In this document: positions 60,088 to 64,000 of the stretch, in pieces
Position numbering within the stretch: the first letter of the stretch is position 1
How the letters are laid out: each line of letters opens with the position of its first letter
Assembly (NCBI RefSeq): GCF_052425735.1
Contig: NC_135766.1
Span: 28,396,001-28,460,000, forward strand
Reading direction: 5' to 3'
DNA length: 64,000 nucleotides
From: Oculina patagonica
Lineage: Eukaryota
Position numbers and translations under genes: made by a program
Notes under the pieces: model-generated
The model's database searches: none
Seen by the model: the letters and a program-made list of their open reading frames with translations, nothing else
What the model was told of the DNA's origin: nothing

Positions 60088-60660
60088 AGAGCGCGGTTTT
60101 TAATTAAGTGTCGTAAAACAAAAAGCAAAGTAATTACTCTGGCCAACCACAAAGGACACAGACAATCCAGTAAGCCAATCAGATCTTGAAGCAAGTACAT
60201 GTCGCAGGCACAAAGCGCGGGAAAACGTGCGCAAGCGAGCCACGATTGCATTGGTTTTGGCTTTATTTCTGATTGGCTTAGAAAGTGGCGCGAGATTTTT
60301 TATCCAATCAAGGCAAAACGCAAATTACTTTCGACGCTCAAGTAAAAACCGCTCTAATTGTTACTACCGATGGAGTCTTCTGTCCAACCATGCCGATCAT
60401 AATAGAACAGATTTTAATTGAGTTTCCTAAAACCAAGGCAAAAATTCTGACCAATCACAAAAATCATAGGCAAGCCAATATCAAAACTCGAGGCTAAAAC
60501 ATGTATCCGGCACGAAGGGCGGGAAAACGGGCGTGTGTGAGTCTTGATTGGTTTTGATTTTACTTTCGAATGGGCGAAAAAGTGACGCGTGTATTTTTTA
60601 ATCAATTGCTAAGCGAAGTCATACAAAACCAAAGCATATGCGAATTACTTTTGACGATCA
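60088..60660. repeat. Two adjacent copies of the CCAATC-rich short interspersed repeat
   Basis: First copy bounded by TAGAGCG...CGCTCTA; both share GCGGGAAAACG..CG...GATTGGTTTTG...AAAAGTG.CGCG. Confidence 0.7.
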
Positions 60661-60895
60661 TAACATGTGCAAGGGTCAATTTTATATCAAGACCTTTTGA
60701 GCGAGGTTTTAATAGAGGAGGGAGGAAGAAAAGGGGCTAATTGGGGAGGGGGGGGGAGGTTATTTCAAATCACACATCAGTTAGGGTTCACGTTAACGGA
60801 ATAAAGTGGACTTTTTAATGTTATAGTTAAGTTGTAACAATCAGTAACCATACACGAGCTTTATGGCACGCGATAACGTGGTCGTGCGTCATATA

Positions 60896-61234
60896 CCGTA
60901 AAATTCCGGTTATAAGCCCCCCCGCTTATCAGCCCTCCCGGTTATAGGCCCATCTACCTGGAAACAAAAAAATACATCCGATTATAAGCCCCCCCGGATA
61001 TAAGCCCCCCTCTGTGGGATGACAGTACTGAACAAGGTTAAACGTTGCTTTATTATGCGTTTTTAATTAACTTAAAAACGTGTTTCGATCAACACGCCCG
61101 TGGCTCTTTTCGAAACGCTTTTTTCATGGTTCCACTTATAGGCCCTCCCGGATATAAGCCCCTCCGCTTATAAGCCCACCCAAAACCCCTTACGAAGTTG
61201 TATAAGCCCAGAGCTTATAACCGGAATTCTACGG
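60896..61234. mobile_element. Tc1/mariner (pogo-like) MITE
   Basis: TIR CCGTA.AATTCCGGTTATAAGC with TA TSDs; many internal TATAAGCCC repeats. Confidence 0.9.
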
Positions 61235-61286
61235 TATTGCGGATATATTTACCCATCCAGGGCCCGGTTGTTTGAAAGCCAGTTAA

Positions 61287-62774
61287 GGAGGCTCGATGTA
61301 GTTTTTTTTAGCCGAAGGGTGGTTGTTTTGAGAATTGAAATGATCTAGGAAGCCAATGTTCAATTTTTGCAAAAATACACCGTAATGATCAAATATGACC
61401 AAATTTTAATTGTTTACCCGTCACTTTTGTCACAAATGTTACCATAGCAACCATTGACGTTTTCTTTTGTTCTCAAACAAGCTTGATTTTCTCGAAATCT
61501 AGATTGACTCTTGGTATCCATTTTTTGATATGTTCAAGTATAGTAGATTTACTACCTGTACACAAAATTTTAGGAAAATCTGTAAGACTGTTTTAGAGTA
61601 AATCAAGAGTGAAGTTTTTGGTATTTTCTTATAATTTCTTACAATCGGCAGTTGATATATTTTAACATATTAAGGTGGCTCAATAATTTTTTTCTGGGCC
61701 ATACCTACAATTTGCAATTGGCCTTTAAACGATCTTCCCTGACTCGGATCGATATGAAAATTACACCATATATTGTTTTAAGATTGAAGTTTACTTTGAT
61801 TTATATTTTAAAGTAATCGATATTTCCATAGCAACGATAAACAGAAAACCGCTAATACAGTAAAACCTGCTTTTCGCGTGAATCAGATTTGCTGCTTAAA
61901 AACTAATACCAGCATCTTAATCTATGATGTACTGCAAATAAAATATTCAAGATCTAAAAAAATCTGTATGTTTGATTTCGAATAAATCGCAAAAATGTTT
62001 CAGATTGTACTTTTGGTGTAGCGATAATAAATGAGCCGAGACACAAACACTACGTTGAGGAAGTAATCTCAAATAACGCCAAAGTGTGTATTAAAGTAAT
62101 CTTTCGAAGTCGTGAAAGTTTTGTCGAGTTTCCACAACGCGATTCTGAGAATTTGTTTTTTTCTTACGACCACTCGTATTGTAATTTTCAGATAATTTTC
62201 GGTTTTAAGCGCTTGTTGAAAAATCTATAAAACGGCTCGATAGATTTTCTTTAAACTTCCAGCACGAAAGCTCGATTATGTAAAGAATTTTATCGCAAAG
62301 GCCAATTGAAAATTGAAGGTATGGCCCAGAAAAAACTGTATCGAGCCACCTTAAAGAAAAAGGTCTTTCGATGTAGTTAATGGTCTTTCATGGTGTAAGT
62401 ATTTATATTTCAGTGATAGTGACTGTGCTCAAATAATACGAAAATTTCATTCTTGATTTACTTGAGAACGCTCTTTATACAGATTTTTTTAAAATGCCGT
62501 CAACAGTAAGTCAATTAGCTACTAAACTTGAACATATCAATAAATAAACACAAGAGTCAATCTAGATTTCGAGAAAATTAAGCTTGATTGAGAACAAAAG
62601 AAAACGTCGATTGTTCTATGGTAAAAGCTGTGACTAAGTGACGGATAAAAAATTAAAATTTGGTCTTATTTGATCATTATGGTGAATTCTGGCAAAAATC
62701 GAACATTGGCTTCCTAGGTAATTTTAATTTTCAAAACAACCACCCTTCGGCTAAAAACACAACATCGAGCCTCC
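61287..62774. mobile_element. Kolobok-like element with long (~270 bp) inverted arms
   Basis: TTAA-GGAGGCTCGATGT...AGCCGAAGGGTGGTTGTTTTGA / TCAAAACAACCACCCTTCGGCT...ACATCGAGCCTCC-TTAA. Arms extend through TCTCGAAATCTAGATTGACTCTTG. Confidence 0.88.
61674..62350. mobile_element. Nested Kolobok-like element
   Basis: TTAA-GGTGGCTC...TTTTTCTGGGCCATACCT...CAATTGGCCTTT / AAAGGCCAATTG...AGGTATGGCCCAGAAAAA...GAGCCACC-TTAA. Confidence 0.88.
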
Positions 62775-62778
62775 TTAA

Positions 62779-62960
62779 GGTCCCGTCCACACTGACCCGG
62801 GTAAATTTGAAAACGCAACTTTTTTTACCCGGACAGGCCAACCGTCCACGCTGGACCGTCCTTTTTTGGTCACCGAAAACGGTACTTTTAAAAAACGTTC
62901 TCCAAAGTGGGTAAATTTAAAAACACCGGCTAGGTAATGTAGTGTGAATGGCGAAAACAA
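62779..62960. mobile_element. Harbinger-like MITE fragment
   Basis: GGTCCCGTCCACACTGACCCGGGTAAATTTGAAAACGC, related to 53720-54125. Confidence 0.6.
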
Positions 62961-63482
62961 GCAATAGGCCTAAAAACTAAATCGAGCCAACTAGTTCGAT
63001 TCGCTTTGATATTTTGTGAGTTCGATGTTATTTGATGGCCGAAAAAAATCAAATTTTTATCGTTCGATTGAGTTCAAAAACCGAACGTTTGATGCGATAC
63101 GCCTGGTAATTTGAATGAAACATTCTTCAAAAGAACCACATTCATGTCATGGCTACATGAGGCAGGTGAAACCTTTAAAACCCCTTGGCAAAACCCTTTA
63201 TTTAGTCCGGCAATATGGTGAAATGATTGTGCGATTTTTGTTAAAAGCGCCAAATTTGACACAGTGGTAGTATTTAATGAGCTGATCAACTTCAGATATA
63301 GGCCCATCTGTAATTCTGTCAGGGGGGGGCACCTTTTGGACCCAGGGGGTAGGGGTTGGTAGCATTTGAGCTTTATGGCAAACTGTACTACATACTTTGA
63401 GTTAGAAGCACCAAATTTGGCACAGTGAAAGTATTCGATGAGCAGATCGATTTCAGATATAGGCCTATCAAGCACTTACAGC

Positions 63483-63655
63483 CAATACCCGATTCCCTCT
63501 ATAGCGCGCGCCTGCAGGGAATCACGGTAGTTGTATTTATCAAACCATGCGCGAGACTCAGCAACGATGCACGTTGCTGAGTCTCGCGCATGGTTTGATG
63601 AATACAACTACCGTGATTCCCTGCAGGCGCGCGCTATAGAGGGAATCGGGTATTG
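63483..63655. repeat. Near-perfect palindrome (~84-bp arms, 5-nt loop)
   Basis: CAATACCCGATTCCCTCTATAGCGCGCGCCTGCAGG...CAGCAACG-ATGCA-CGTTGCTG...GGGAATCGGGTATTG with one mismatch. Confidence 0.95.
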
Positions 63656-63971
63656 CTATCCAACAACAGTTATTTCCAACATTTTAAAAAAGAAGTCAGT
63701 CCTGACAACTCCTCCTCCAGAAGAATTAGTGTCCATGTACTTCAAATGGGCCGATCCACCCGACACATCCCTGGGTTTCGCGTGCCTCCCCTCTCTCCGC
63801 GGATTGACTGAACCTCTCACCAGATTACTTCGTAAAAATGACATCCGTGTAGTAAGAAAACCAGCTAAAACCCAGCAACAAGAATTCCCTTCTCCTAAGT
63901 TTAGGCAGTCCCTGGATCTGCAACGCAATGTTGTTTACAAAGTTCCGTGCGCTGACTGCTGTTGGAGTTGG
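63656..63971 (+). mobile_element. Penelope-like retroelement fragment (RT-to-GIY-YIG linker)
   Basis: FACLPSLRGLTEPLTRLLRKNDIRVVRKP.KT.QQEFPSPK...NVVYKVPCADC matches the Penelope linker and the start of the GIY-YIG domain; truncated before YIGET. Confidence 0.8.
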
Positions 63972-64000
63972 TAAAGTCTGCTTCGAGCCTAGTGGCCCAT

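Overview
AT-rich, repeat-dense eukaryotic genomic DNA with spliced genes. The repeat families and gene content suggest a cnidarian, probably a stony coral (inference). Five protein-coding loci lie on the + strand, with exons assembled by hand from GT-AG sites and phase matching. (A) 5178-8306: signal peptide + coiled coil + TLDc domain, apparently with a 1-nt frameshift at the end of its first coding exon. (B) 11985-29097: a 17-exon, 1049-aa secreted mosaic protein: signal peptide - 3x H-type-lectin-like repeats - follistatin/Kazal - 3x H-type-lectin-like repeats - C-type lectin (QPN/WND) - Ca-binding EGF - TLDc. (A') 44448-44655: first coding exon of a paralog of A, cut off by a 500-N gap. 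(C) 45515-53571, 5'-partial: single-pass membrane protein with a juxtamembrane CxxC and a long disordered tail rich in Tyr and Pro motifs, resembling PAG/Cbp, LAT and LIME adaptors. (D) 58208-59887: intronless secreted PI-PLC-like phosphodiesterase (Rv2075c-like) with a circularly permuted C-type-lectin-like C-terminus. The A/B/A' region was built by segmental duplications. The remainder is MITEs (Harbinger-, Kolobok- and Tc1/mariner-type), tRNA-derived SINEs, CR1/L2 and Penelope fragments, palindromic repeats and a degenerate ~770-bp tandem repeat. The most striking candidate system is a family of secreted, disulfide-capable TLDc proteins with swappable lectin or coiled-coil N-termini. All domain calls come from motif recognition by eye, not from database searches.
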